Source: Antedon mediterranea (taxonomy: Eukaryota; Animalia; Echinodermata). From it: 64,000 bases of DNA. The notes under the pieces are model-generated. The model was not told where the DNA came from, made no database searches, and worked only from the letters and a program-made list of their open reading frames with translations. A program made the position numbers and the translations under genes. Shown in pieces: positions 1-22,300 of the stretch (positions are counted from its first letter, which is position 1; each line of letters begins with the position of its first letter). Location: positions 22,196,001-22,260,000 of the forward strand of contig NC_092674.1 of NCBI RefSeq assembly GCF_964355755.1. The letters run 5' to 3'.

Positions 1-731
1 TAGTTGATACTGTACGTCACATTAATACTTTAAAATGTGCAATTAAAATAGCAATGTTGACACAATTACAAAAAAAAAAAAATGACACCAAACACTTGCA
101 TATATTCAGATGTGTCAGATTTTCCTTAGTAAAATATATACGCACAGTAGAACCTCTGAAGTGGGTCCCCTCTATTTTTGTGACAAACAATGCTATTAGG
201 GGAAATGGCAAACTTGTTGTTGCCTGCTCCTAATGAAAGCTAAACCATTGGAATCTACTGTATGTATAAATTATGTATAGGTATAATTATAATTATTTAC
301 AAAGCAATATCTTTTGTTGTCCATCAAGATATTAATAAGGATGATTATTTTGTTTTCATATAATTATGAAATAAATATGATACATTTCTTATCACATTTA
401 CATACACATTTTATACAGTTATGGGTTTTGACATTTGACCGTATTGAAGTAACCTTTGACCCATGCGCTCTACAAATGATTGACCTGAGAGCTTGTTTTG
501 ACTTTACAATACAACCATAGCCAACCTTGTCCCTACCTTCTATCAATAGGGCTTGATTATTTACTACTATTTTGTACTGCAAATTGAAAGCTATTCAATA
601 ACACACCATACTGATACCACATAATACTTTATCAATGTTAATACAATGTTTATGCAATTTGTAAATGTGAAAGTTGCCGACGCCATACTGACCTTTTTTG
701 TATTCTTTTGATAATTGTCTTCGTCACCCAG

Positions 732-9121
<8,390 letters not shown>

Positions 9122-10012
9122 AGATTCCAGATTTAGTTGAGTAACGAAATGAAAACTTTGGATATAAGTTGTGTTTACATTTCAACATAGCAAATAAACA
9201 AGTTAATATTGGTTCGTGTTAATGCAAACCTGAAATGCTATAATTTGTACTTATAGAGTCTGTGTACTATTTAACACTAGTATTCATTTGCGTACATCTC
9301 GTGATTGCGGGCAGATGGCACGCCAGCTTTAGGTACTTTTCAACCAATTGATATTGTTTGTGTTAAACGTGACATTTACAAAATATTGTTATTTGTACTT
9401 TTGATTTGTGTGACCTAGACACAAGTTTGGTCAAGGTTAATTAATTGTGTTGAGAAATTGAGACGTGACTAACTGAACATCAATGCGCAGATCCTAATAC
9501 TTGCAAATCGAAAGATCCATTTGATGAACATTTTCAATTTAATTTTGGTTACCATGTCTTCTGAGAAAATCTTATCTTTATATCTTACCCTATTCAATTG
9601 TAACAGCGCTAAAAATAACACTAAGAGCATTGAATTATTGGTAATTTCAGTATTGGCCTAAATTTATTTTGTAGATGTCTTTGATGTCGGCCAAAGGTTA
9701 TTAAGGTCAGGTGCTTATGTCATCAATGCTAATGTTCCTTTCATATTATATTCTTTGCTCCTTCATTTGCAAATAATAATTGAGGATTCTCTATTTTAAG
9801 TAAATTACTGTACTCTGAGTTTAAGATTTAGAAGTTTTTTTAACCCAATAATTTTTGCAACGTTGTATAATATTATACAGGTATTTTTCTTTGGTTAAGT
9901 TTAATCCCGGCGGCATTTTAGCAAAATGATTCTTTTATGGAAAAAATTCAGATCCAGTTACCTTTAACTGTATTGTACGAAAACTGTCTGGTATTATTCT
10001 CAAGATTTGATA

Positions 10013-10018
10013 AATAAA
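10013..10018 (+). terminator. Probable U2SURP polyadenylation signal
   Basis: AATAAA followed by a GT/T-rich tract, ~0.9 kb after the stop codon. A second AATAAA lies at ~10060. Confidence 0.5.
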
Positions 10019-10249
10019 TGTGAATAATTGTACTGTGCTTTTGTTTATTGTTTATTTTTAATAAATGTTTCAGTACAGGGATATAAAACATGAAATTAAT
10101 ATAATATTAAAAAAAAAAAGGAAACGGAAAGAAAAAGAGCAAAATCTGATCTTGTTTTGTATTTGAGTAAGGCCTTGATTTAAGCCAAAAGAATGTTTCT
10201 ATTTCATTTGTGAAGTTTGGCCATGTTTTCAAAATCCGTTCTGGACCGT

Positions 10250-10363
10250 ATATTTTTCGCAATTTCAAAGATCCACATGAAAAATCCGCGCGAAAAAAAA
10301 AATCACATCGCTAGGCCTAATGTAGCGTTTCTGTAAAGAAGTTTAAAACAAGTAACTTGTAAA
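10250..10363 (+). promoter_or_regulatory. RNASEH2B promoter with E2F site
   Basis: GCGCGAAA at 10288-10295 (TTTCGCGC on the minus strand) and a CHR-like TTTCAAA nearby, just upstream of the ATG. Confidence 0.55.
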
Positions 10364-13300
10364 ATGAGTACTAATGTAGATTCTAACAAAGATAATGTTT
10401 CACAGTGGGTTGCATTTTTTCCAAGTAGGTACTATATATTTATTGCATTGATTGTTTGCTAGGCTAGGTTAGATAGGCCTACTAGGCCTGCCCTAGATTG
10501 AAGAAGCATGCGGTCTGCAGAGAGGAGAAGGCCTAGGCTAAGCCTAGCTAGCCTATTGTTGGGACGTTTCGCCCCAGACAAGTGATGTTTTGGTCCGGGA
10601 CGATTCGGTCCATTACAGGGTCGGTTAACAATGATTCTGTATACATTTATACATAAATTAGCCTCCTCAATAACACTAGGCCTAGCTAGGGCCTATGCAG
10701 TTTATTATAATATACTCTAGGCTAGGCCCTAGGCCTAGTATAGGTAATTAATAGGCCTATAGCCTAGGCTTGGGGGTCAGGCTAGGTAGGCTCCCTACTC
10801 TAGTCTTAGTTAGGCTAGGCCTAGTAGTACTAAACAGCTCTCCTAGTAATAATAATACAGAAGGGCCCACTAGCTAGCAACTTGTCTCATAGATTCGACA
10901 TTAGTATACAGTATAGTATTGTATTTCTTTGTATTTGATATTTTATTATCTGATAATCAATATTTAATGATGTTGGTTGACCAGCTCACTCAGATCAGAG
11001 AGGCAAAATTTGGACGGAAAGATTAGTTAGGCGAAACAGATGATAGAAAAAGGGCGCTAGTTCGGTTTCGCACCTGTCGTTTATTTCGACTCAAAATTGG
11101 TTAAGTAACTTTATTGTGAGTACCACACCTTAGAATTAGGCCTCAAAAATACTTTTACAAAGGAGATCACACAAAAGTAACAAATAAATCGTTTAAATTG
11201 ATGAATTTACAGACGTGGTTCCCGCACATCGGTTCGTGAATTTCGCATATTCCATGTTCAATGTTGTTATGGAGCGCCAAAAGAGCAATCATAATAAAGG
11301 GCTAAAAACTCGGTAAATTGCATATATTTAATGCATTTATTGGTGAAAATTACGTTAAATTTAAAATCATATTTTGTCAATGTCAATGCAACAATAACAT
11401 TACTGTTGATACTGTACATGGTTTTCGCAGGAACTTTTAGAAATGAAAGTCGACAAATTCATCATCATATTACATGTACTGTAGGGGTATACCTGATCTA
11501 AATAATATTCCTCTTAGTCTTACTCTTAGGCCTAGGGTTGGTTGCTATTTGAAAACAGCAAATTGCATCACTGGTACCAAGCCACTGATGATGGCGAGGA
11601 AGTACGTGCTCTCCTATTGGATTTTAGCAAAGCGTATGATATGATTGACCAGCACATTTTAATTAGAAAGTTAAAGAACATAGGTATCGACGAAGTTCTT
11701 GTAGCATGGATTCAAGCTTTTCTTGCAGATAGAAAACACAGAGTGAAATTGAAGAATGTCTTCTCACCGTGGCTAAAACCAAACGGAGGAATCCCACAAG
11801 GATCATGGCTTGGTCCAATTCTGTTTGTTGCCTTCATTGATGACCTCCAGGTCGATCTGCCGCTTATGAAATATATGGACGATACCACCTTTTACCAAAG
11901 ATATAATAAGAACTCCGAGTGCAAAATTCAAGATAGTATGAACAGTATATTTAAATGGTGCGAAGAAAATGGTATGAAACTGAATGAGAAAAAATCGGTT
12001 GAACTGCGCATTACATGTAAGAGAACACCAACTGAGTTTGACCCAATCACTGTGAATGGATCTGAAGTCAAGTGTGTTGAGCATGCAAAGTTACTAGGTG
12101 TCAATCTTGACCGTAAATTGTCGTGGCAGACGCATGTTGACTGTTTAACCAAGCGCGTTGTACCAAGGTTGTTTTTTCTTAAGCAACTCAAGAGGTCTGG
12201 CCTAGATAGACTGGAACTGCTCCGATACTATCAGTATCAAGCAGTGATACGACCAGTTCTCGAATATGCCTGTGCTGTTTGGTCCCCGAGTTTATCCAAA
12301 GCACAATCTGACCAAATCGAACATGTCCAAAGAAGAGCGTGTAACTGTAACATAATATGCCCCGATGGTACCTCGTATGCTGATACCCGCAGATACCTTA
12401 ACATCATCACTCTATCTGAACGCCACGAGAAGTTGTCAAGAAAATTCTTTGATAAAATGAAAAAAGAAGATCATATATTACACTCTCTCTTACCTAAACC
12501 TCCCACACACAACCATCAGCTCCGACGCGTTAGATCGTTCACCCTCCCCAAAGTCTGGACACAACTCACAAAAAACTTCATTACTTTCCACGGAGTTTTC
12601 AATGATTGGTGAATGATCAGTAACTGAGTTATGATAAGCAAATTGTGAACCTCTATTGGTTTGTGTTACTGGATGTACTGTACTATGATGGCCATTGAAA
12701 GACTGATTTGTGGACTATGATATATTTTAGTATTACTTGTTTGGACTGTGTTATACTATGTGTTTACATATTTACTATTATATTTATGTCAACTTCATCA
12801 CTGCTTACTTGATGCAATAAAGGAAATAAATAAATAAATAAATAAAATTATTAGCAGTAAAATGTTACAGCATTTTTATTGACAAAATTAAATTGTATTT
12901 CAATAATAAAGAATAATTAAAAGAAGTTGCATTCCACTGAGTTTTTAACCATCTATTGTTGTTGCTCTTTTGGCGCTCCATAGAAACGAAAATATTGAAC
13001 TTCGAGTATGCTAAATTCGCGAACGGTATGCGAGAAACATGTCTGTAAAATCATCAATTAAATTATTTATTTGTTACTTTTTATGTGATTCTTCTTTATA
13101 AAAGTACTTATGAGGCCCAATTTTAAGGTGTGGTATTCACAATAAGTTGCTTAACAATTTGGAGTCAAAAGGAAGTCGAAATAAAAACAGGTGCAAAACG
13201 AAACTAGCGCCAGAAAAAGAGTGTTCCGGACCATGGAGTTATAAATTAGATACCTCCATAAGGGAGTGTGGCGCAGTGTGTTGGACTACTGATCGTGAGA

Positions 13301-16300
13301 TCGCGGTTTGAATCCAACTCTGCCCATTGCTTGTATCCTTAGGCAAGATACTTTATACTTATACTCTCTCCACGCAGGTGTATAAATGGGTACACGGTTA
13401 GATCAAGACTCAACTTTGCGCTGATTACTAGCTGCATTATGGGAGTTTGTTTCCATACATGTTTAATGCAAAAAAATGACCGGGGTAATAACTAATAATG
13501 TTAGCGCTTAGAGGTTTCACATTAGGTGCTATATAAATCCAGGATATTATTAGAATATTATTATTATTCCATGTTCCAGACAACACAGACAGGCCTCTGC
13601 TTGGTTGACTATATTTTTGTTTAGTTATTGAGTACATACTTTTCTTTTTTCAACCAAATTTGTTGTCAAAGAGTCATTAAAATGGCTTAAAAATATTTGT
13701 GTTTTTAAATTATTTGTACCTAAATTGTTCTTAAATCTAACATAGTTTAATTTTATTTTTGACACTTTTAGAATGTGAGCTAACAACAGAAAATGATGAA
13801 TGTGAACGGCCTGTGTTTATTAAACTAAGACATCCAAAAACTGGTAAATTTATATTTGTTATTGTACAATAATCATTTTGCAATCTGTCTTTCAGATATA
13901 AATTTATAACTTGAAAAAAATACAGATGTTACAACAATATCTGGGAAATATGTTCTATTTAAAAATTGCTTCTTTCCAATGAGATGTACTTATTATTGTT
14001 CTTAGACTACTGTATATCTTTCATTTTATGTTTGCTTATACAGTAATATAATTTAGTGTTCCCAAAATAATTATCTCAGTAAATTTAGTAACTGGGAAGG
14101 TCACTTTAATTTCCTGTAGTAATTATAATCCTATTCAATTTTAACTGTTAAATTTCATTTCAGATAAATGTGCTATGTATCTAGTTGGCAATGATGGATA
14201 CAGGATATATGAGGTTTTTGCAAACAAAGAGAAATGTAGTTCATGGTTTATAGGAGAAACTGTTCAAAAAGGTAAATCAGTACACTCTTTGTGTTATTCA
14301 TGGTTTTCTAAACTTTGATTACATGTTAAAGCCCCATTCCCTACGTTTTTTAGATCTAATTTAAGATCACAAACTATATTTAATGTAAAAATAATACTAT
14401 ATGGTCTTATTGCGATAAATTTTTTCGTCTTTAAACGGTTAAAAATGTGAAAAATAAATCGATTCTAATAATTATAGAGGCCCGCTATAAATCCCAAAAT
14501 GCATTGCGCGCGGTTTGATATTTTTGTTTTTCACCTGTAATTCGCCCACTTTTCGATCGATCGTGAAGCCAAAACAAACGGAAGACTCCTAACTTTTCAG
14601 CGAAAATACCGGGTTTTCCCCAATTTGTATCAACGGAGTCTGGCAAAAATAGAAAGACAATTAATGCAGCAACTATACAACGTCAGGCTAGGTATATAGC
14701 TAGCGTACGATGTTCGTACGTTATCGATGTTTACCAGCTAGGCCTACAAAACTAAGCCTAGCTAGGCTAGGCCTAAGACCGTCCACGAGAGGTCGATCGC
14801 CGCGAGCTACTTAGGTAGTGCATTGTTTCTCACTTTTTATCATAATTTACCATAAAACGTACATTTAAGACAAGGAATGACATGGTTTAATGTTTTTAAA
14901 GTGATATATGTATTATTTTCCAAAAAACGTCCAAAATTGCAGGGAAGGGGTCTTTAAGGGAGAAAGTGGCAATCTATTCAAGAGATCTGATGTGCAGTAA
15001 ATTATTCAATTGAAAGTATAATATGTTGATTGGGAAATGGCAGCACCTATTCAATTAAAGAGTTGTAAAGAGTTTGATTGGGAAAAGGCAGCATGTATTC
15101 AATTAATCAGTTTTAAAGAGTTTGATTGAGAAATGGCAGCACATATTCAATTAAAGAGTTGTAAAGAGTTTGATTGGGAAATGGCAGCACCTATTCAATT
15201 AATCAGTTTTAAAGAGTTTGATTGAGAAATGGCAGCACATATTCAATTAATGAGTTGTAAAGAGTTTGATTGGGAAAAGGCAGCATGTATTTAATACACG
15301 TATACAAGGTTAATGAAAAGGCTGAGAAATAATACATTAAGAGATGATGTAAGAAATTTATTTGGAGTGGTCAGCAAGTATTCAAGAGATTTATGAGGTT
15401 GGTTGTGAGAGAGCAGCAGGTATTCAGGTGTAAATAAGAGATTGATTGCTCAAGAGGGCTGCAGAAATTTAATTATTAGATTTGTAAGAGTTTTGAGAGG
15501 CAATAAATTAAATACAAGTTTGGTTGTTAGATGGAACGTGTATCTATAAGGTTTCAAAACATTATTTTTTTCAGATGGAAGTTTACAGATATTGACCCCT
15601 GTGGATCCTCTCTTTTTAGTTCTGCCATACCTTATGAAATCTGCTACGGTAAGATGTGTCTTGTAATAAATAATCGTGATACCATACTTAGTTTAAAGTA
15701 TTTAAATATATGATACGATAATTTGTACATTATGATCATTACAGAAGTTTTTCAAATTTATAAATAATAATATAGTTCATTCTTATATAGTGCATATAAG
15801 CAAGCTCTCAATGCGCAGCACATTATAAGCACTTTTAACAATCGGCAAATTGTCCCAAATTGATTAAAATAAAAATGAGAGGGAAACAGATTACAAAGAA
15901 CTAAAAAGGTGGATTTTTGAAAAGGTTTTTTAAAACTTTGATAGAAGGTGAATTTTGAATGGAATGCGAAGATTGTTCCACAGTTTAGGAACAACTTTAT
16001 TCATGTCTTTATTATCTTGGCATATATACAACAAGTAATCAATTTGGCCAAAAAAAGTACTTGGAGTCTATAGTAGTACTAGTAAGTAGTCCATAACAAA
16101 TTTTTTTCAAATCTTTTATTTTTTAGAATGGAATGTTCATGACTATAGACCAAATAATTTCAGATGCTGATTACCCACAATGCAACAGACTTGTAAAATG
16201 TTGTGAAAAATGCGACATGAGCCAAGTTTCAGACACTAAAGGTAAGATTATTTTAATATTAGTCATCACTCACCACTAAGAAATGAGTTGAGACAGAGTT

Positions 16301-19300
16301 AAAAAGGGACTAGCAAAATATGCAAGAGAAAACATTCACATGCCTTAAACCATGCTACTCTGATAATTTTAAACTACAAAGAAAATAAAAAAAAAACATA
16401 AACAAGTATAAAAAGAAAAATCTTCAAATCAAATTAAAAATTGTATTCTCTATCCATGAATTTGAAAAGCATTATTTACGGTTTTAGTAGGGCGGCCAAT
16501 GTGAGCTTTTTCATCATGGGGGGCATTTTCTGTTAATAGCAGGCAACCATGTGGAATATATCCCTTATGGGATGACAAAAAAGATAGGGGTGGATGCCGC
16601 TCTCAAATTTCAGGTCAAAGGTCATTTTCAAGGTTATAAGGTCAAATATGGTAAAATAGAGGTTTAAGCTGTTTTCAACAACATATAAGCTAATTAAAAG
16701 AAATGTAACCATTATTGGATCATTATTGACATATTGCTGCAGATGGTGAAGTTCATCAATTTTTGAACTTACAAGTTTAAAGGTCATTTTCAAGGTCATA
16801 AGGTCAAATAGAGCACAGACACTGTTAATTATCGGTATTAATAATTGAAATAAATATAATTTTCATGATAGCCTTGGGCTGATGGTTATAGTGTGGTATC
16901 AAAAAGATCAGAATTGTACTGGGAAGATTTTAAAATTTTTGAGTCACTCTTGGAAGGTGTTCAAGGAATGGAGAGGATGAGTCCTAGAGTATCAAAATAA
17001 CCGAAATTGGAGGCCTACTGGAATGTCTTAAATTTCATTTAAAAACGGTCACAGAGGGTTTGTGGGTTGGGAGTAATGGGCGGCATGGGCACATGCCAAT
17101 ATTCGAAGTTTTTCTGGGATGGAAGGAGGTAACGCTCTGTGGTGGGTATTTCTTCAAGCACTGATATATAATGCCTACTGGCCATGTGGGTAACGGCAAA
17201 CGATTGAATCACAACCACATATGCATGCTTTCTGTAACAACTTCATCTGGCTCTTTAGTTTACATACACATGTAACAAGTTCCAAACTGACAACTGGGTT
17301 AGGGGCTTCCAAACAACCCGATTCATTTAGGCCACAACCTGATCTCTGCCTGATAGTTGGCTCGTATGTTTAGGTTCTATGATGTCTGTATTCACCATAG
17401 GTGAGTTTTTTTAATTTTAAGTGTTTCCCGAAGTAGAAATACAGGTACTTAAATATTTATTGAATGAGTGAAGTGAAATACTTAATATTTAAGGGAAATA
17501 TATATCACTAGTGTTAATGGTATATGGTCACTGAGTCTAGATGGAGGTAGCACCAAAGTGTAGTCTGTAGTCTATACAGTTATCTGCTGAAGAGTACCAT
17601 ATATTTGGCAATATTAAACTTTAGTGTACACTGTACGTGGAAAGTCTTAATCTTAATCAATTCCATTTACAAGGAGTGGATGCGTTACAAATGATTTCCA
17701 GTATGACCTCTTCCCATAATCAGCAAATAATGATGTGCTGCAATGGCATGGAAGCTGGTTAGATTATTCTTAATAGGTTTTCAACCACTTTATTGTTCAC
17801 TATACCAGACATCGTCCATACTTTTGAAGGCTACTGTTACAAAGTGCATATCATTAATTAACATCAACTTTCATGTATAATTGCAAGCTCTTTGTTATTG
17901 ACATAAAGAATGTCTAAAAACTGTGTGATATTTGTTCTCCTCCAAACCGATGAGTGTGGCCCAAAACACATACGGAAGTACAGATTAGTACATTGGGACT
18001 ATCCTTTCAATCGTGTCACTGCTTTTATCCACCCCTTTCTAATGTAATGATCAAATACAACAAAATGACGAAATATCTAGGTAACTTGCATAAATACTTG
18101 CATAGTCACCAAATGTTTACAGCCATGTTTACTGCATCCTATAGTGCATGACCATCATGTTTTTACTGTAAGTTTTCTTCTGGAACATCTGTGGGTATTT
18201 CAACGCCATCCATCAAGATGTGAAGTCATATTTGGTTAAAGATATTAAAATTGGGTTATGATCATACTCCAATGGTTCATCAGCAGATTTTCTGTCAGTT
18301 ATATACTTTATCGAAACAGTTGCCTTATAGAAATCCGCAAAGGTTTAGAGCGATGCTTTCTCAGTGGCTCATGTAGTTCTAAGTTCTACTGTTTTTCTTT
18401 TTTTCAATAAGTTGTTACTTTAAATATAAGATCTTCCTTATCATCTGTCAGTTCGAAAGAATATTGTGTATTATGTGTGATTCGTGATCAGTCTGACCAT
18501 GTCATGCAGAACCTATCAATGAAGTACAGCGTTTCTTGTTATACCAATGATTCTATTTTGAATTGATCAATCATCCACTCAGTGTTTAGAATATTGGTTC
18601 TGATAGTAAATTTGTTTACCCTTTTGACCTAATTTCTACAACGAATCCAATCGGTTTTTAAATGTGTTGGTGGTTTCAGAAATGACGACTTTGGTTGGCA
18701 AACTATTAAAATATATAATTACTAATTGTGAAAAAGTGGATCTCCTATCAGTCCTTTGTGAAATTTAGGTTTAAAAAGTCTAAGCTGATGTCCTTGTGTA
18801 TTTCTGCTTAGATTGCATCTTATTTGAAGGAAGTCTTCCTTGGCTACACCCTCGAAATCTTTTGAAAATTTTCAATCAAGTCACCATGAATTCGTCTGTC
18901 ATACAGGGGTGTTCGGCCAAGCCAACTTTAAACGGTCTTCATATGAATAAGAATGGGTAGCTGGAATTTGATTTGTCGCATGACGCTGTCCTCTTCAAGT
19001 GCATTTACTTTTTGGGAGAAATGGATTTCATACCTGGACACAGTACGTAACGTAATGTTTGTAAATAACGTTAAAACCGTCTTTATCCATGTGTATAAAG
19101 GACTTCTTAATTACTTAAGGAGTTTTATATTTGTTATCACCGTCAGCCATGATAGCATAGATGCGAAGGCCTCAAGAAGAAGTCCCCAATTACCACTCCT
19201 TCCAACCTTGATAAAGTCCAATAGTCAGGGTTTTTGAAAACAAAGACTCGATACCCAGGTTTCTCTTTGGAGATTTCTTGAAACAACAAACTTCAATAAA

Positions 19301-22300
19301 AACTTGTATCATTGAAATAATGAAAAAAATGTTTAAATAATTACATTATAGGGGGTCTCTGACCCAAACAAAAACATCTCGACATTAGGTTATATTAGGT
19401 CTCTGTTTTCGAAATTTTTCTAAAAACAAATTTCTAAATATTATTACATTATTATAGGTAATATTATTAATTTTTCTAAAAACAAATTTCTAAATATTAC
19501 TGTATTACATTATTATAGGTAATATTAATATTATAGTAAAAGACCAATCTTTTGGCACATATGGCGTTTCATACATATAACACTTGACCTATTTTTTCCG
19601 ACAAAAATCAAAACGATGACTGGTGGACAACATAAAAAAGACAAATTTACAACAGACTGGGAAAAGCCTATTAAAAAACTGTGTGTACTTTACAGAAATA
19701 TGTGAAAATAACATTTTGAGAAAATGACACTTTTATATCTAATTTCCTATGTTTTTATGTGTAAAATTAAATGTTTATCTCATAATTACTATAATATGAA
19801 GCATCAGTTGATCTTCAGATATACCTTTTTTGGATAGATCTGATGATGTAGATGATTTTCCGTGAATAAAAAAAAATCCTATATTTTGACCTTGTTTGAC
19901 CTCTTGACCACATAAACTGACCTTAAAACCCAAAACTGAAGATGGCATCCACCCCTATCGTTTTTGTCACCCCACAAAGGATACATTCAACATGGTTGCC
20001 TGCTATTAACAAAAAATGCCCCCCAAACTTTTTATAGAGGACTTTTGTGTATTTGGCCTCTCTACTATTTCCTATTGTCAAAAATATGTTTCTTAATTGG
20101 ATAATAATTTAAGTATATAGTTTTTAATCGTCATCATCATCATCATCATCATCATCAGATTGTTGTCTGTAAAAGTCGATCGAGGATCAATTTGTGTTTG
20201 CCATCTTAATGTTTGCTGCCATCAATTTTACTTAAAGCTTTATAATTGTATTTATTGTCGGCTTTTTAATGGGCTTGTTTCATTATGATATTAATGTATG
20301 ATAATTTGTCTTTCCTTTTCTTAACTTAACTTTTCATAGGAAGTGAAGATTTCCAAGCTTACCGATACAATGAAGAAAAGACAATCACATGGCTCTCAGC
20401 GAAAGTAAAACAGGTCGAAATAAAACTAGATGAAAAACGTATCCATGTCACCAGTGGTGCTAAATCCGCATCATTCGTACGGAATAGCAAAGAAAATGCT
20501 ATTGAAAGAGGTATATTATTTTATTTTTCCTAATTTATAAATAATAAAATGCTCATGCTGGTCCCTCTCCTCTTCATGGTACGGTAGGTGACGCTGCACT
20601 GCAGCTCTCATGGGTCTGCAGACGATCTAATCCAAATCTCAATTTGAGGATGAATATTATCGTACAAATACAAATAAAAATCCAAATTTACAAAATCCAA
20701 AGTACAAAAACAGAGATAAATGTCAAGTAAAAACAAAACAGGTCACTAAACACATGCTAGTTTTGACAAATTAAAACAGACTTAAAACAAAACTTTAAAA
20801 TATCAAAAAGTAGATTAATAAATAAAAATTTGCTAGCTAATGAGCTAGATTTAAAACATAGGAATTGAGCAGACAAGAGGCAGAGTTACTATACTATTGG
20901 ACTATAGTAAGATTGGAAAAATGTAATGTCGCCAGCCTTCTGCATGTCAAGTGTGTGATTATTCCTATAGGTCAACTTCTAATACTGACGTCTGCAGCCT
21001 TCAGTAACTTATTCTGTAACCTATCAATTTCATTTTATAGCAAGCAGATCATTGACTTGAGTTTTCTGTTTTCTATCCAGATCACTGAGTTAAACTGGTT
21101 TAAAGTTAAATTAATAATAATCAATATTATTGAACTAATTTATATTTTTCAGAGCAGTACACAAAATATGCTGTTGGTCTTGTTCGTGATTATCTAAACA
21201 TATCATTAGCAGAGAAGTTAACCACACATTTTGGGTATGTACTATATTAGTAGCTAGCATTGCTGTTAGGAGGACTGGCATTTATCAATCTTGTTGCTTA
21301 AGACAAGAAGTTGTTCAATGAAAATTATATTTAATTTGAATTTTAATCTTAATATCTGTTTTACATTTTAACTTGCAGAAATGCTCACATTTAAGACTGC
21401 TTGTATTTGCAGGCGCGAATTTAGGTGGGGACTAAACAGGCTCCAGCCCCACTAAAATTGAACAGCCATCCCTTTTACCTATTTTTAAAAAATAAAAGGA
21501 CTACATATTGAACGCAAATCAAAACAAAACACCGTCGACTCTGTATAAAGAACCATCAAACAATCAACGGTTTCCACACAGAACACTGCATCTCTAACAT
21601 ATGAAAAAAAATGTTATGTCACTGTGTTTACCGGAAGAAAATGTTTGATCATTTTGGTGATTGCTTGCGATACATGGCAGTGTCATTTCCTGGCCAGCTA
21701 GACTAGTGGGATCAATGTGCCATTTATCATGTTTTTTTGTGCAAGAGTACCATTTCCGACCATCTAGGGGTGTCATTGCTTCCATGGCGAGGCATGTGGC
21801 TCAAAATACTTGTGTGTCTCCCCTATTTCTAAATCCTGGATTTGCTCCTGATTTGTACACTACCAGTATGATCAGGCCAAACTTGTTATGTTTGCCATGA
21901 ATCACATCAACTGAGAAACAGGGGTCAGAACAAAAAACTAGTTAGCTGATCATGTTATTGTTAATGACTGAATATATATTTCTTGCTGTAAAACTACTAT
22001 GCTCTACATGCCTGACATTATATTTTGATGGCTCCAGGTTATTCTGCAAGTCCTGCATTTTCTTTACACTCTTACACATTAAAACATCTATTGCAAAACA
22101 ATTTAGTCAGACAATTGTTAATTTTGCTTGGTGAAAGCTGTACTGTAGTATATTGTTTAAATTCATCTTATAATCATAACAATATACCATATGTTACCAT
22201 GACAAACAACTTAATCCCGATTTTACACACTCTAAACACTTGCTAATAATAGCGTTAATGGTGGACTCATCACAAATTCTGTACATTAAAAATAAATTAC

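Noticed and set aside
11803-12191. Minus-strand ORFs of 93 and 87 aa
   Set aside because: Antisense shadows of the LINE RT ORF.
11542-12612. RT as a retron/DGR/group II intron-type system or a domesticated gene
   Set aside because: The motifs and (AAAT)n tail are those of a eukaryotic LINE. It is 5'-truncated with no ATG start and lies in an intron.
13262-13325. tRNA gene
   Set aside because: The cloverleaf is incomplete and the sequence continues into a SINE body and tail.
15025-15293. Possible CRISPR-like array or coding repeat
   Set aside because: There are no unique spacers, the context is eukaryotic, and the unit contains stop codons.
18953-19237. 94-aa plus-strand ORF
   Set aside because: Antisense to a decayed CR1 fragment.
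21410-21850. hAT-like MITE (CAGGCGCGAATTTAG / CTGGATTTGCTCCTG)
   Set aside because: The TIRs are weak and there is no clean 8-bp TSD. Plausible, but not supported well enough to list.
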